Notes: generated by a model from the sequence alone, not told the origin. Counted from the stretch's first letter, positions 1 through 9,843 are shown. The stretch is 64,000 nucleotides of DNA from Alphaproteobacteria bacterium (GCA_014382345.1 JACNJX010000054.1:94-64093); one strand, 5' to 3'. A program made the numbers and translations.

Positions 1-249
1 GGTGTCGGGGTTGGCGGTCATGATGTCACTAAGCAGCGTTTCCTTGGGCTCCAGTCCTTTGGCGATGGCGCGCCGGGTCAGGTCCCGTTCGGTAACGATG
101 CCAACCAGTTTACCGTCATTGTCCAGAATGATGATGGCGGCGACATTGGCACTGGTCATCATGGTCGCGGCTTCGATAACGGTATTGTCCGGCTTCAGCG
201 AACTGATGGCCTGTTTTTTTATAATGTCAGGCATTATCCGGCGTTGCAT
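1..249 (-). CDS. CBS-domain protein, N-terminal part (gene runs off the left edge)
   Basis: Manual reverse translation from ATG at 249-247 gives MQRRIMPDIIKKQAISSLKPDNTVIEAATMMTSANVAAIIILDNDGKLVGIVTERDLTRRAIAKG..., a typical CBS-pair pattern. It is absent from the ORF track because it has no stop in the window. An alternative start is MPDII at 235. Confidence 0.6.
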   Translation of the reverse strand, partial: MQRRIMPDIIKKQAISSLKPDNTVIEAATMMTSANVAAIIILDNDGKLVGIVTERDLTRRAIAKGLEPKETLLSDIMTANPDT

Positions 250-385
250 GGCCTCATTCCTTCTAAAATTGGGTCCTTAGAAAGACGTCTTCCTAATTTT
301 AGGGCAGGTCAGGGGGGGACGCGCAAGAGGGTTGAGGAAAGCGCCGATATAACAAGGCGTAAGCAATTCCATCTGGATTTTATGG

Positions 386-1657
386 TTACTGCGAATCGCT
401 TGTTTCCGCGGGCGGGGTCAGCCGTACCCGTGTAATCTGGTGGTGGTGGCGGCTGACAATTTCAAAACGGAAGCCGTGAAACAGGAAACGTTGTCCTATC
501 CCGGGAATGCGCCGGGATTCATGCAACACAAGGCCCGCCAGGGTGGATGCCTCCTCGTCGGGAAGATCCCATTCGAATTCGCGGTTTAGGTCGCGGATCG
601 TGACCGTTCCATCGACCAGATAGCTGCCGTCGGGCTTTGGTCTGACACCCGAGACGGAAACGTCGTGTTCGTCGTCTATGTCGCCGACGATTTCCTCAAT
701 GATGTCCTCGAGCGTCACCACGCCCATCAGGCTGCCGTATTCATCGACGACAAGGGCGAAGTGTTCGCGGCGTTTGCGGAAGGCTTCCAACTGGTCCACC
801 AGAAGGGTCTGTTCCGGAATGAACCACGCATCGGCGGCGAGGGCGCGCACGTCCAGACCGCTCAAGTCTTCCCCCAGGTTCCGGATTTCCCGTAACAGCG
901 CTTTGACGTGCAAGACCCCGACGATGTTGTCGGGGTCGTCCTGCCACAGGGGCAGGCGCGTATAAGGGCTTTCCAGGACTTCGGCCACCAGTTGGTCGGG
1001 CGCCAGGTCGACGTTTATGGCGCTTACGTTCTTCCGGTGGATAATGATTTCGCCGACCTGGACCTCGCCAAGCTCCATAATGCTTCGCAGCATGTCGCGT
1101 TCCTGTTTGATGCTTTTGTCTTCGCCGGCATGCAGTTCGATGGCGCCCCGCAATTCTTCCGCCCCGGAACCGAAGACATCTTCGGCATGGTAATCGACGC
1201 CGAACATTTTGAGCAGGCCGCGCACAACGGAATTGATGGTGGTGGTAAACGGAGTCAGAAACCAGACCAACGCCCTGATGGTGGGGGCGACCGCCAACGC
1301 CATCTGGTTGGCGTTTTTGATGGCATAGGTCTTGGGCAGAATTTCTGAGAACACCAGGATCAACAGGGTCATCACAATGGTCGCATAGGCGACACCGGCA
1401 TCACCGAAGGTAAAAAGCAACAGACTGGTGGCCAGGGCGGAAGCAAAAATATTGACCAGATTGTTGCCGAGCAGGATTGCGCCGATCAGGCGTTCCTTGT
1501 GATCGAACAATCGGTTGACGATTTCGGCGTGCTGATTGCCGTTGCGCTCAAGTTGATGCATGACCGGGCGGGACGCGGCGGTCAGGGCGGTTTCCGAGCC
1601 GGAAAAGAAGGCCGACAGAACCAGCAGAAAGGCAATGATGATAAGGGTGGTGAGCAT
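386..1657 (-). CDS. HlyC/CorC-family transporter (DUF21/CNNM membrane domain + CBS pair + CorC_HlyC)
   Basis: The N-terminal TM region has FFSGSETAL, followed by a CBS pair and a C-terminal transporter-associated domain. The ORF-track start at 1678 is TTG, so I used the first ATG (MLTTLIII) at 1657. The position next to aroB-aroK is common in alphaproteobacteria. Confidence 0.85.
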   Translation of the reverse strand: MLTTLIIIAFLLVLSAFFSGSETALTAASRPVMHQLERNGNQHAEIVNRLFDHKERLIGAILLGNNLVNIFASALATSLLLFTFGDAGVAYATIVMTLLILVFSEILPKTYAIKNANQMALAVAPTIRALVWFLTPFTTTINSVVRGLLKMFGVDYHAEDVFGSGAEELRGAIELHAGEDKSIKQERDMLRSIMELGEVQVGEIIIHRKNVSAINVDLAPDQLVAEVLESPYTRLPLWQDDPDNIVGVLHVKALLREIRNLGEDLSGLDVRALAADAWFIPEQTLLVDQLEAFRKRREHFALVVDEYGSLMGVVTLEDIIEEIVGDIDDEHDVSVSGVRPKPDGSYLVDGTVTIRDLNREFEWDLPDEEASTLAGLVLHESRRIPGIGQRFLFHGFRFEIVSRHHHQITRVRLTPPAETSDSQ

Positions 1658-1741
1658 TGGGTTACCCGGTGCTTGCAAGGTGAAGAGAAAAGGTGTTTCC
1701 CGGTCCGTGGGGTGAATGTTTCGCCCCCGTCCCGCGTTTAT

Positions 1742-2872
1742 TCAGGTTTTCAGGTAATCTTCGAGAACGCCGTTCACGTCGGCCAGGTCCACCTCATCGG
1801 TGATGAATGACTGGCCGATGCCTCGGGCGAGAATGAACGTCAACTTTCCGCCCGCGACTTTCTTGTCCTGGCCCATCAGGTCGATCAGTTGGGACGCGGA
1901 CCAGCCATCGTTCCTTAAGCCCTTCAAATCGATCGGCAGGCAAGAGCCGGAAAGGTGTTTCTTAACCCGGTCGCGGTCGTCCTCGGGGCAAAGGCCCATG
2001 CGAACGGACAGATCGAACGCCATGGCCATGCCGATGGCCACCGATTCCCCATGGGTCAGGGCATCGCCATACCCGGTTTTGGCTTCCAGCGCATGGCCGA
2101 AGGTATGGCCGAGGTTCAATAAAGCGCGGACGCCTTGTTCGGTTTCATCCGCGGCGACAATAGCGGCCTTGGCCCGGCAGCTGGTCAATACGGCGTGGCG
2201 TTGGGCCTGCACGTCCCTGTTTTCAGAGCCGCCGGCAACGCCGGCCCCATGGCTTTCCAGCCATTTGAAGAAGCCGGCATCGTTGATCAATCCGTATTTG
2301 ACCACTTCGGCGTATCCGCCCTGCAAATCACGGGCGGGCAGGGTATCCAGTGCGCCGATGTCGGCCAGCACAAGGCGCGGCTGATGAAACGCGCCGATCA
2401 GGTTTTTGCCCTGCGGCATGTTGATTCCCGTCTTGCCACCGACGGAGCTGTCGACCTGCGCCAGAAGGGTTGTCGGCATTTGCACGAAATCGAGCCCACG
2501 AAGCGTTATAGCGGCGCAAAAGCCAACCAAGTCCCCGATCACGCCGCCGCCCAGGGCAATCAGGGTCGTCGAACGTTCAACGCGAAGGTCCAGCAATTGG
2601 CCCGTCAGGGTTTCGGCGTGGGCGTAATCCTTGGTTTGCTCGCCGGGTTCCAGGACGATGGTCTGAAAATCGATAGCAACGGCGGAGAGAGAGTCCTCGA
2701 CCGTTTCCAGCCAGTACCTTTCGACGTTCTCGTCGGTGATGAGCACGGCCCTGGGGCGGCTCATCACGGGCGCAACCAGCGGCCCGGCCTGGCCAAGCAA
2801 TCCTTCCCCGACGAGGATGTCGTAACTGCGCGGGCCAAGATCAACGCTAAGGGTATCGTGTTCGGAACTCAT
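1742..2872 (-). CDS. aroB: 3-dehydroquinate synthase
   Basis: 376 aa with motifs GGGVIGDLVGF, VDSSVGGKTGIN and LNLGHTFGHALE. The start shares 1 nt with the aroK stop (TAATG). Confidence 0.95.
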   Translation of the reverse strand: MSSEHDTLSVDLGPRSYDILVGEGLLGQAGPLVAPVMSRPRAVLITDENVERYWLETVEDSLSAVAIDFQTIVLEPGEQTKDYAHAETLTGQLLDLRVERSTTLIALGGGVIGDLVGFCAAITLRGLDFVQMPTTLLAQVDSSVGGKTGINMPQGKNLIGAFHQPRLVLADIGALDTLPARDLQGGYAEVVKYGLINDAGFFKWLESHGAGVAGGSENRDVQAQRHAVLTSCRAKAAIVAADETEQGVRALLNLGHTFGHALEAKTGYGDALTHGESVAIGMAMAFDLSVRMGLCPEDDRDRVKKHLSGSCLPIDLKGLRNDGWSASQLIDLMGQDKKVAGGKLTFILARGIGQSFITDEVDLADVNGVLEDYLKT

Positions 2873-3432
2873 TAAGGGGCTTCCTTCGTGGCCGGAGGGG
2901 AATACGTTTCCAGGGCCTTTTTAATATCACGGGCGGTAACGTCCGGGCCGTCCTCGCGCGAATCGACGACAATATCGGCTTCGGCGTACACGGGGTAACG
3001 CTCTTCTATCAATTTTGCCAAGGTGGCCCGGTGGTCCTTGTTTTTCAACAAAGGCCGGCCACCCCGGCGGCTTGTGCGCTGGACCAGAACGTCCAGATCG
3101 GCGCGCAGCCAGATCGAAATAGCGTGCTCACCGATATGACTGCGGGTTCTTGAATTCATGAACGCTCCGCCGCCGGTCGCCAAAACCCTGGGTTTTTCCT
3201 CCAGGAGCCGCTGAATAACCCGTTCTTCACAGTCGCGAAAGGCTTCCTCGCCGTATTCCTCGAAAATATCCTCGACGGAACGCCCGGCGGCCTTGGTGAT
3301 TTCCTCGTCGGCATCGGTAAATTCCATAGCCAGCAAGTCGGCAAGCCTCTGTCCGACCCTGGTTTTCCCGGCCCCCATGAGGCCAACCAGAACAATGGAC
3401 CTTTGCGAATGTGACGATGGTTCAGCAGTCAT
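2872..3432 (-). CDS. aroK: shikimate kinase
   Basis: 186 aa with Walker A GLMGAGKTRVG and LATGGGAF. It lies directly upstream of aroB. Confidence 0.9.
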   Translation of the reverse strand: MTAEPSSHSQRSIVLVGLMGAGKTRVGQRLADLLAMEFTDADEEITKAAGRSVEDIFEEYGEEAFRDCEERVIQRLLEEKPRVLATGGGAFMNSRTRSHIGEHAISIWLRADLDVLVQRTSRRGGRPLLKNKDHRATLAKLIEERYPVYAEADIVVDSREDGPDVTARDIKKALETYSPPATKEAP

Positions 3433-3665
3433 GCCTGAAAAAAGAAATTATTCCCCAAAACCTCTATGGCAAGGGTGCTAGGTCGTTGAAAGCGCTTGCT
3501 CAAGCCGATAAACTCCCGATCGCCGGCCTGCCGAAAAAATGCCATAGTCGAAACCTAGCATAAACAATATCCGCTGTCGTTAGATGACAGCGTAAGATCA
3601 TACAGAGGGCCGATCATTTTTAATTCATTGGAAATCCTGGAACAGGATCAAAGGTTGCACCAAGA

Positions 3666-3806
3666 ATGAAGAACATATCAAGGTTCGTCCTTGTCGTGGC
3701 TTTCCTGAGCCTTGTTGGTGGCGCGGTGTTCCTGGCCACCTGGGATATTCCGCCTCCTGTCAAAAATGTCGAAAGAGTCCTTCCGGATGACCGTTTCCCC
3801 CGTTAA
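3666..3806 (+). CDS. possible 46-aa single-pass membrane peptide (not in the ORF track, below the size cutoff)
   Basis: Manual translation gives MKNISRFVLVVAFLSLVGGAVFLATWDIPPPVKNVERVLPDDRFPR*. It has one clear hydrophobic helix and overlaps the next gene's candidate start by 20 nt. Confidence 0.3.
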   Translation: MKNISRFVLVVAFLSLVGGAVFLATWDIPPPVKNVERVLPDDRFPR

Positions 3807-5868
3807 ATGTAACCGTCCCTTGGCCCTTTCCTTCGCCACGGTGTTATTGGCGTTGGCGGTCCCGGTCTCTGTTAGCCTGTCCATACCCTTTGCCGCGGCT
3901 CAGGATGCTGGCAAGGATTTTGTTCCGGGCATCAAACCCGTTCCTTTGTCGCCGCCGCAGAAACTGGCGCCACCCACCGCTTCGGCTCCGGCACCGGCGC
4001 CGCTGTTGTCGGCTCCGTCCGTTGCGCCCGCGCCGACCCTTGTTGTTCCTGACCCGGCGAAAGACCCGGCCGCCATCGGCAAAGGGGCGCCACTCCTGGC
4101 TCTGCCCAAGGCCCCTACAGGATCATCTCCAGGCAGGGGCAGCGGCGTTCAGGTCGACAGTCTGCAAACCATTGACCCCGACACAGCCGGAACGTTGACC
4201 GCGGAACATGGCGGGTTCGGGGTGGATATGTGGCTGGGTACGGATCGCGCCATCGTCGAGCGGTTGTTGCCGAAACTGCCGGTCAATGCGTCGTCTGTCA
4301 CCATGCGGGGTCTGATGCGCCGGATGCTGTTGAGTGTCGCCCGGATTCCGGAAGGGAAAACAAAAACAGCAAGCCTTGTCGCGGTTCGGGCGCGGCTGCT
4401 GGCGGCCATGGGTGACCCGGTCGCCGTCAACACGCTTTTGAATGCAACGCCGGGCCGTGCGGAAAATCCAGAACTGGTTCGCATCGAAACGGAAACCCGG
4501 TTTCTGGCCAATGACAACGCGCGGGCTTGCGCGCTGGCGGGCGGTGAAATCCGGGGCCAGAACAATCCCTTCTGGCAGAAAGTCTTTTTGTTTTGCCAGG
4601 CCCTGGCCGGCGAACACGACAAGGCGGCGTTGGGCGTTTCCATCATGCGGGAAACCGGGGAACAGGATGAGGTCTTCTTTTCGCTGATCGAATCCCTGGC
4701 TGCCGGGACCCCGCCGGAGATCAAAAGCCTTACCGAGCCGACGCCTCTGACCCTGGCCATGGCCAGGGTGGCCAAGGCGAAACTGCCTCAGGATGTGATT
4801 TCCACCAACCGCCCCGGTGTGTTCCGGACGATCGCCATCAGCCCCAATGCGCCGGTGGAAATCCGCCTAGAAGCCGCGGAAAGGGCCGAAGCCGCCGGTG
4901 CGTTGCCGGTCGATTCGCTGCGCCAGTTGTATTCGATCGTTTCTTTCTCCGGCGAAGACCTGGCCAATCCCTTGTCCCGCGCAGAATCCAAGGGTGGGCC
5001 GATGACCCGCGCACTTCTCTATCACACATCGTTGACCCAAACGGTGCCGACAGCCCAGGCCGAGGTTGTTGCGCGGGCAATGGCGCTCGGGCGCGAGGAG
5101 GGACGCTATTCGTCGGTGGTCCGTGTGTTTTTGCCAGTTCTCAAATCCATCCCGCCGTCCGCCGAACTGTTGTGGTTCGCGCCGGAAGCCGTTCGCGGGT
5201 TGTTGCTGGTCGGCGAGACGGTATCCGCCGAATCCTGGTTCGCCCTGATGCGGGCCAGCGCGTTATTCAATAAAGAAGCCGCCCAGGCGATCACCCAACT
5301 TATGCCAGTGGTGCGCCTGATGGGATCGTCGGAAGCGGACGAGTGGCATACGGGTAAACTTTCGTCCTGGTGGGCAACCATCAAGGACCGGAAAGGGGCG
5401 GGGCAGGATGCGGCTCTGTTGTATTCCCTGTTCGATGCTTTAGGCGAGCCGGTTCCGGCTGATGCCTGGAGCAAACTGGCGACCGGCGGGGAACGCCGCA
5501 TGGTCTCCATGCCCGAGGCGGCGCTTTGGTACCGCCTGATGGAGGCGACGGACGCGGTGTCGGCAAAGCCTGAGAAAACCAAAACGGCGTCGGCAAACGG
5601 AGTCCCGTTCGAGGTCTCGCCCGAGAGCGGCGATGTCGTTCCACCCTCTACCACCGTTCCGGCATCCGCGCCGGCGGCTTCGGCGCTAAAGCCGAAGAGC
5701 CGCCTCGCGGAAACAGTGTTGCTGGCGCTTTTGGCGCTTGGCGATGATGGCCCGGCCGGGGCCGATTCCCTTGTGCTGCGCCAGGTTCTTATCAGCCTAA
5801 GGGCCGCCGGATTCGAAAAAGAAGCCCGCTCCATGTCGGTGGAAGCGGTATTGGCCGCAGGTTTGTGA
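3787..5868 (+). CDS. secreted hypothetical protein with a Pro/Ala-rich linker
   Basis: Start chosen at MTVSPVKCNRPLALSFATVLLALAVPVSVSLSIPFAAAQD (signal-peptide-like). This is followed by the low-complexity stretch PPQKLAPPTASAPAPAPLLSAPSVAPAP and a roughly 550-aa helical-looking body. It sits between aroK and xerD. No family recognised. Confidence 0.65.
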   Translation: MTVSPVKCNRPLALSFATVLLALAVPVSVSLSIPFAAAQDAGKDFVPGIKPVPLSPPQKLAPPTASAPAPAPLLSAPSVAPAPTLVVPDPAKDPAAIGKGAPLLALPKAPTGSSPGRGSGVQVDSLQTIDPDTAGTLTAEHGGFGVDMWLGTDRAIVERLLPKLPVNASSVTMRGLMRRMLLSVARIPEGKTKTASLVAVRARLLAAMGDPVAVNTLLNATPGRAENPELVRIETETRFLANDNARACALAGGEIRGQNNPFWQKVFLFCQALAGEHDKAALGVSIMRETGEQDEVFFSLIESLAAGTPPEIKSLTEPTPLTLAMARVAKAKLPQDVISTNRPGVFRTIAISPNAPVEIRLEAAERAEAAGALPVDSLRQLYSIVSFSGEDLANPLSRAESKGGPMTRALLYHTSLTQTVPTAQAEVVARAMALGREEGRYSSVVRVFLPVLKSIPPSAELLWFAPEAVRGLLLVGETVSAESWFALMRASALFNKEAAQAITQLMPVVRLMGSSEADEWHTGKLSSWWATIKDRKGAGQDAALLYSLFDALGEPVPADAWSKLATGGERRMVSMPEAALWYRLMEATDAVSAKPEKTKTASANGVPFEVSPESGDVVPPSTTVPASAPAASALKPKSRLAETVLLALLALGDDGPAGADSLVLRQVLISLRAAGFEKEARSMSVEAVLAAGL

Positions 5869-5939
5869 ACGCCCGGCGGCATACCGGCGGTGCGTCCGGG
5901 GGAGGACATTCCCCCGGGGCTGCAGCGGAGCAAAACGGG

Positions 5940-6857
5940 ATGTCGCCGCAGGTTGAAATGTTCCTGGACAAGCTGGCCGCCGAAGGGGCTGCCCGCAACA
6001 CCATTGAATCCTATGGCCGCGACCTCAAACATTTTTCTGCCTTCGCCAAGGCACGCAGCCGTGATGCCGAAGACGCCAGTCAGGCCATCATCCGCCAGTA
6101 CCTGAAGTCCTTGTCCGAGGCAGGCTTGGCGACGGGTACCAGTGCCCGGCGTCTTTCCACCCTGCGCCAGTTCTTTCGCTATCTCTATGCCGAGCGGGTG
6201 CGCGACGATGACCCCACGGCGGCGCTGGACAGCCCCAAACAAGGCCGGCGGATTCCGAAATTTCTCAGCGAAATGGAAGTCGAGGATTTGTTGGCGGCGG
6301 CCAGGGCCAGGTCTGGGCGCGAGGGTCTGAGAATTGTGGCCTTGCTGGAAATTTTATACGCCACCGGGCTCAGGGTTTCCGAACTGGTCGGGCTGCCGCT
6401 GTCGGCGATCAGCCGGGATAAGCAAGTGCTTGTGGTGCTGGGCAAGGGGGACAAGGAGCGGATGGTGCCCATGAGCGACCCTGCCCGAGAGGCGCTTGAA
6501 GAGTATCTGGCGGTCCGCGAAACGTTTATTCCGCTAAAGGGTGCGACGCCGGTGATGCGCAACCGATTGTTCCCGTCCCGATCCAAGGACGGCCACCTGA
6601 CCCGGGCCCGGCTGTCGCAGATGCTGAAAGACCTGGCCGTGGAAACGGGCCTGCCGCCAAGCCGGGTTTCACCGCATGTGCTGCGCCATTCCTTTGCCAG
6701 TCATCTTCTGGCCAACGGCGCGGACCTGAGATCTTTACAGCAGATGCTGGGACACGCCGATATCGCAACGACGCAAATCTACACCCATGTTCTGGATGAG
6801 AGGCTGAAATCCCTTGTCGGGCAGGCGCATCCCTTGGCGATCATTTCAAAGAAATAG
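5940..6857 (+). CDS. xerD: site-specific tyrosine recombinase XerD
   Basis: C-terminal catalytic region HVLRHSFASHLLANGADLRSLQQMLGHADIATTQIYTHV and an N-terminal core-binding domain (NTIESYGRDL). The ATG at 5940 gives a canonical 305-aa length and has GGAG upstream. The ORF-track GTG at 5865 would overlap the upstream stop as GTGA. Confidence 0.85.
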   Translation: MSPQVEMFLDKLAAEGAARNTIESYGRDLKHFSAFAKARSRDAEDASQAIIRQYLKSLSEAGLATGTSARRLSTLRQFFRYLYAERVRDDDPTAALDSPKQGRRIPKFLSEMEVEDLLAAARARSGREGLRIVALLEILYATGLRVSELVGLPLSAISRDKQVLVVLGKGDKERMVPMSDPAREALEEYLAVRETFIPLKGATPVMRNRLFPSRSKDGHLTRARLSQMLKDLAVETGLPPSRVSPHVLRHSFASHLLANGADLRSLQQMLGHADIATTQIYTHVLDERLKSLVGQAHPLAIISKK

Positions 6858-6878
6858 GTCGTGAAATACCTAATGTAT

Positions 6879-8201
6879 TTAGGCTAGGCGTTTCGTCAGC
6901 CAGGTGGCTGTGCGGAGCAGCCTTGCGTCGTCACCCCGTTGGCCGACCAGTTGCACGCCTAAGGGCAGGCCATTGGGACCTTCCATCAACGGCAAGCTCA
7001 CAGCCGGCGTTCCGCAAAAGGTCCAAAGCGTGTTGAAAATGGGGCTGCCGGTGGCATCCAGCCCGGCAGGCGCTTCTCCGGGCGTGGCGGGCACGATGAT
7101 CGCGTCATAGTTTTCGAACAGAGCGTCGAGCTCCAAATTCAACTCGGCCCGTAAATCCATCGCCCTGTTGTAATCGACGGCGGTGACCTTTTGGCCTTCC
7201 TCGATCATCGCACAAAGCCTGTCGGTTAAATCGTCTTTACTACGCTCGTAATAGCCTGCGAAATTTTTCGCCAGATCGGCGCACATGACGTTGTTGTGCA
7301 TTTCGACGACCTGATTGAAGGCCTCAGGCAGGAACAGTTCGCTGCATTCGTCGCCCAGAACGTCCACCAGTTCGCCAAAGGCGTCCTGTGTAGACTCATC
7401 AGCCTGATCCCAAACCGGGGTTTTGGAAAAAGCCAATACCGGCTCCATGGGCGGCTCGTCCATGGCAACGGCGGCGAGCGGCGGGCGGGCATGGGGGCGT
7501 GTATCGCTGTCGCCGGGATCATACGCGGCCAGGGTTTCCGTCACCAACGCGACATCTTCAATGGAACGGGCAAAGGTGCCGATCGTGTCCAGAGGTGGCG
7601 ACTGGCAAAGAACGCCGGTCCGGGGGATCAGGCCGTGCGTAGGCTTGAAGCCGACGATGCCGCAGAACGATGCCGGGCGGATGGTGGAGCCGTTGGTCTG
7701 GCTGCCGACGGCTAGCGGAACCATATAAGAGGCCACGGCGGCGGCGGAACCGCTCGATGAGCCGCCGGGCGTGTGGGCAGGATTATGAGGGTTCTTGGTT
7801 TTTCCAGGACCGAATACGGCCAGTTCCGTGGTCACGGTTTTTCCCATGAGAACGGCGCCGGCTTCCAGCAGCAGGGTGATGACCCGGCAGTCCATATAGG
7901 GCTGGCGTCCGGAATCGAGGGTCGTGCCGTTTTCCGTCGGGTAGCCTTCGGAATCGAAGATGTCCTTTACGCCGACGGGAATGCCGTGCAGCGGTCCCAG
8001 GGCTTTACCGTCCGCCCTTTGCTTGTCCCGGAAACGGGCCTGTTCAAGGGCAAAGTCTGGGTTCAGATGCGCCCAGGCTTCGATATCGCCATCGACCTGT
8101 TCTATCCGGTCAAGACAGGCCTGGACCAGTTCTTCGGAGGTGATTTCCCCGTCGCGGATTTTCTCAATGGCTTCGGCGGCTGAAAGTTCTACCAGTGTCA
8201 T
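6879..8201 (-). CDS. amidase (amidase-signature family)
   Basis: GGSSSGSAAAVA signature with upstream GIPVGVKD and GKT. Start chosen at MTLVEL (8201), preceded by AGGGAG. Confidence 0.85.
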   Translation of the reverse strand: MTLVELSAAEAIEKIRDGEITSEELVQACLDRIEQVDGDIEAWAHLNPDFALEQARFRDKQRADGKALGPLHGIPVGVKDIFDSEGYPTENGTTLDSGRQPYMDCRVITLLLEAGAVLMGKTVTTELAVFGPGKTKNPHNPAHTPGGSSSGSAAAVASYMVPLAVGSQTNGSTIRPASFCGIVGFKPTHGLIPRTGVLCQSPPLDTIGTFARSIEDVALVTETLAAYDPGDSDTRPHARPPLAAVAMDEPPMEPVLAFSKTPVWDQADESTQDAFGELVDVLGDECSELFLPEAFNQVVEMHNNVMCADLAKNFAGYYERSKDDLTDRLCAMIEEGQKVTAVDYNRAMDLRAELNLELDALFENYDAIIVPATPGEAPAGLDATGSPIFNTLWTFCGTPAVSLPLMEGPNGLPLGVQLVGQRGDDARLLRTATWLTKRLA

Positions 8202-8214
8202 GTGATGACGCTCC

Positions 8215-8412
8215 CTATTTCTTCCGGAAGCACGATTCCCAGTAGTCATAAAAAATCAGCGGCAGAATAGTGAAGCAGATAATCCAAAAAGGCAGGCCGC
8301 CCCAAAATCCCGCGAAACCGGAAGATATGCCTTCGGCCAAGCCGAGAACAAAAATGCTGACTATTATAAACGCGAGCAATCCGAAAATTTTTTCAATGGT
8401 ATCTTGCGACAT
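8215..8412 (-). CDS. 65-aa two-helix membrane protein in the TRAP/amidase operon
   Basis: Translation MSQDTIEKIFGLLAFIIVSIFVLGLAEGISSGFAGFWGGLPFWIICFTILPLIFYDYW... shows two hydrophobic segments. The stop is 13 nt upstream of the amidase start and the gene is on the same strand as the TRAP genes. Confidence 0.5.
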   Translation of the reverse strand: MSQDTIEKIFGLLAFIIVSIFVLGLAEGISSGFAGFWGGLPFWIICFTILPLIFYDYWESCFRKK

Positions 8413-8475
8413 TATGGTTTCACTTCCTAAATCCGACTCGCATTTTCTTTACAGAATATCTCATTACATGCGGCC

Positions 8476-9843
8476 CTACTGGATATATTTGCCAAACAGG
8501 TAATCCGGCAGCCACAGCGCGATCCCCGGGTACTGGTACATCAGAACCATGACGCCAATGACGATCGCCAGATAAGGCATGATGCCTCGGAAAATGTCCA
8601 TCAGTTCGATCGCCTTGCCCAACACCCCTTTTAGGTAGTAGGCGGACATGGCCATGGGTGGGGTCAGGAACGATGTTTGCAGGTTAAGCGCAACCAGCAT
8701 CGCGAAGAAATAGGGATTTACCCCGAAGGTGGGCAGCATGGGCAGGAAGATCGGCACGAAGATGATCAGGATTTCCGACCATTCCAGAGGCCATCCCAGA
8801 AGGAAGATGATGACCTGCACCAGGATCAGGAACTGCCAGGGCGCCAGGTTGAAGCCAAGAATGAAATGTTCGATGATTTCGTGTCCGCCCAAGTATGAGA
8901 ATACCGAGGCAAAGGTCCAGGAGCCGACAAACAGCCAGCAGACCATGGCCGTCGCCTTCGCGGTCAGGTGGATGGACTCTTTAAGCATGATCCAGCTGAG
9001 AGAGCGATAGACCGCTGCCAGCAAGAGCCCGCCGAAAGCCCCCATGGCGGCGGCTTCCGCCGGCGTCGCCAGGCCGCCGAGGATGGATCCCAGCACCAGC
9101 ATAATAAGCAACGTCAATGGAACGAAGGAGGTCAGAAGCTGCCAATAGACAACGCGCCTGGGCGGAATATCCTCTTCGCGCGGTTTCGGCGCAATAGACG
9201 GATTTATCGTGACGCGAATAATAACGTATACAATATATGACCCGGCTAGAATGAGCCCCGGGAACATGGCGGCCGCATAGAGCCGCAATGGGGACAGTTC
9301 GGCGATCGCCGCATAGACGATCAACATGATGGAGGGTGGAATCAAAATACCAAGTGTGCCGCCGGCGCAGATAACGCCGGACGCGAAGCTCTTATTATAG
9401 CCCGCCCTGGCCATGGCCGGAAACGCCAGAAGCCCCATCAGGGTGACGACCGCGCCGACGATGCCGCTGGCCGTTGAAAAAACGGCGCACGTAACCAGGG
9501 CCGCAATGGCCATGGACCCCGGCAGGTTCCGGGCTGCCATTTGCAGCGAGTAGAACAGCCTGTTGACGATGTCGGCACGCTCAACCACATAGCCCATGAA
9601 CAGGAACAGCGGGATCGCCACCAAGGTGTCGTTCTCCATTACCGAATAGGTGTTCTGGTTCAACAGATAGAAGATTTTGTTGTTCAGGACATCGGCGATC
9701 GTCTCGATGCTGTCGGCTTCGTAGTAGGCGTAATAGCCAAAGCCGACACCCATGGCGAGCAGTGTGAAGGCCACGGGGAAACCGAGCAACACCATCACGA
9801 TAAATAGGGATAGCATGAGAATTGCTACTTCTGGGTTCGTCAT
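8476..9843 (-). CDS. TRAP transporter large permease (DctM family)
   Basis: 455-aa polytopic membrane protein with typical DctM-like sequence. It follows the small permease. Confidence 0.9.
   Translation of the reverse strand: MTNPEVAILMLSLFIVMVLLGFPVAFTLLAMGVGFGYYAYYEADSIETIADVLNNKIFYLLNQNTYSVMENDTLVAIPLFLFMGYVVERADIVNRLFYSLQMAARNLPGSMAIAALVTCAVFSTASGIVGAVVTLMGLLAFPAMARAGYNKSFASGVICAGGTLGILIPPSIMLIVYAAIAELSPLRLYAAAMFPGLILAGSYIVYVIIRVTINPSIAPKPREEDIPPRRVVYWQLLTSFVPLTLLIMLVLGSILGGLATPAEAAAMGAFGGLLLAAVYRSLSWIMLKESIHLTAKATAMVCWLFVGSWTFASVFSYLGGHEIIEHFILGFNLAPWQFLILVQVIIFLLGWPLEWSEILIIFVPIFLPMLPTFGVNPYFFAMLVALNLQTSFLTPPMAMSAYYLKGVLGKAIELMDIFRGIMPYLAIVIGVMVLMYQYPGIALWLPDYLFGKYIQ

Noticed and set aside
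2-280. 92-aa plus-strand ORF at the left edge.
   Set aside because: It is antisense to a clear CBS-domain coding frame, and its Ser/Met/Leu-rich translation has no motif.
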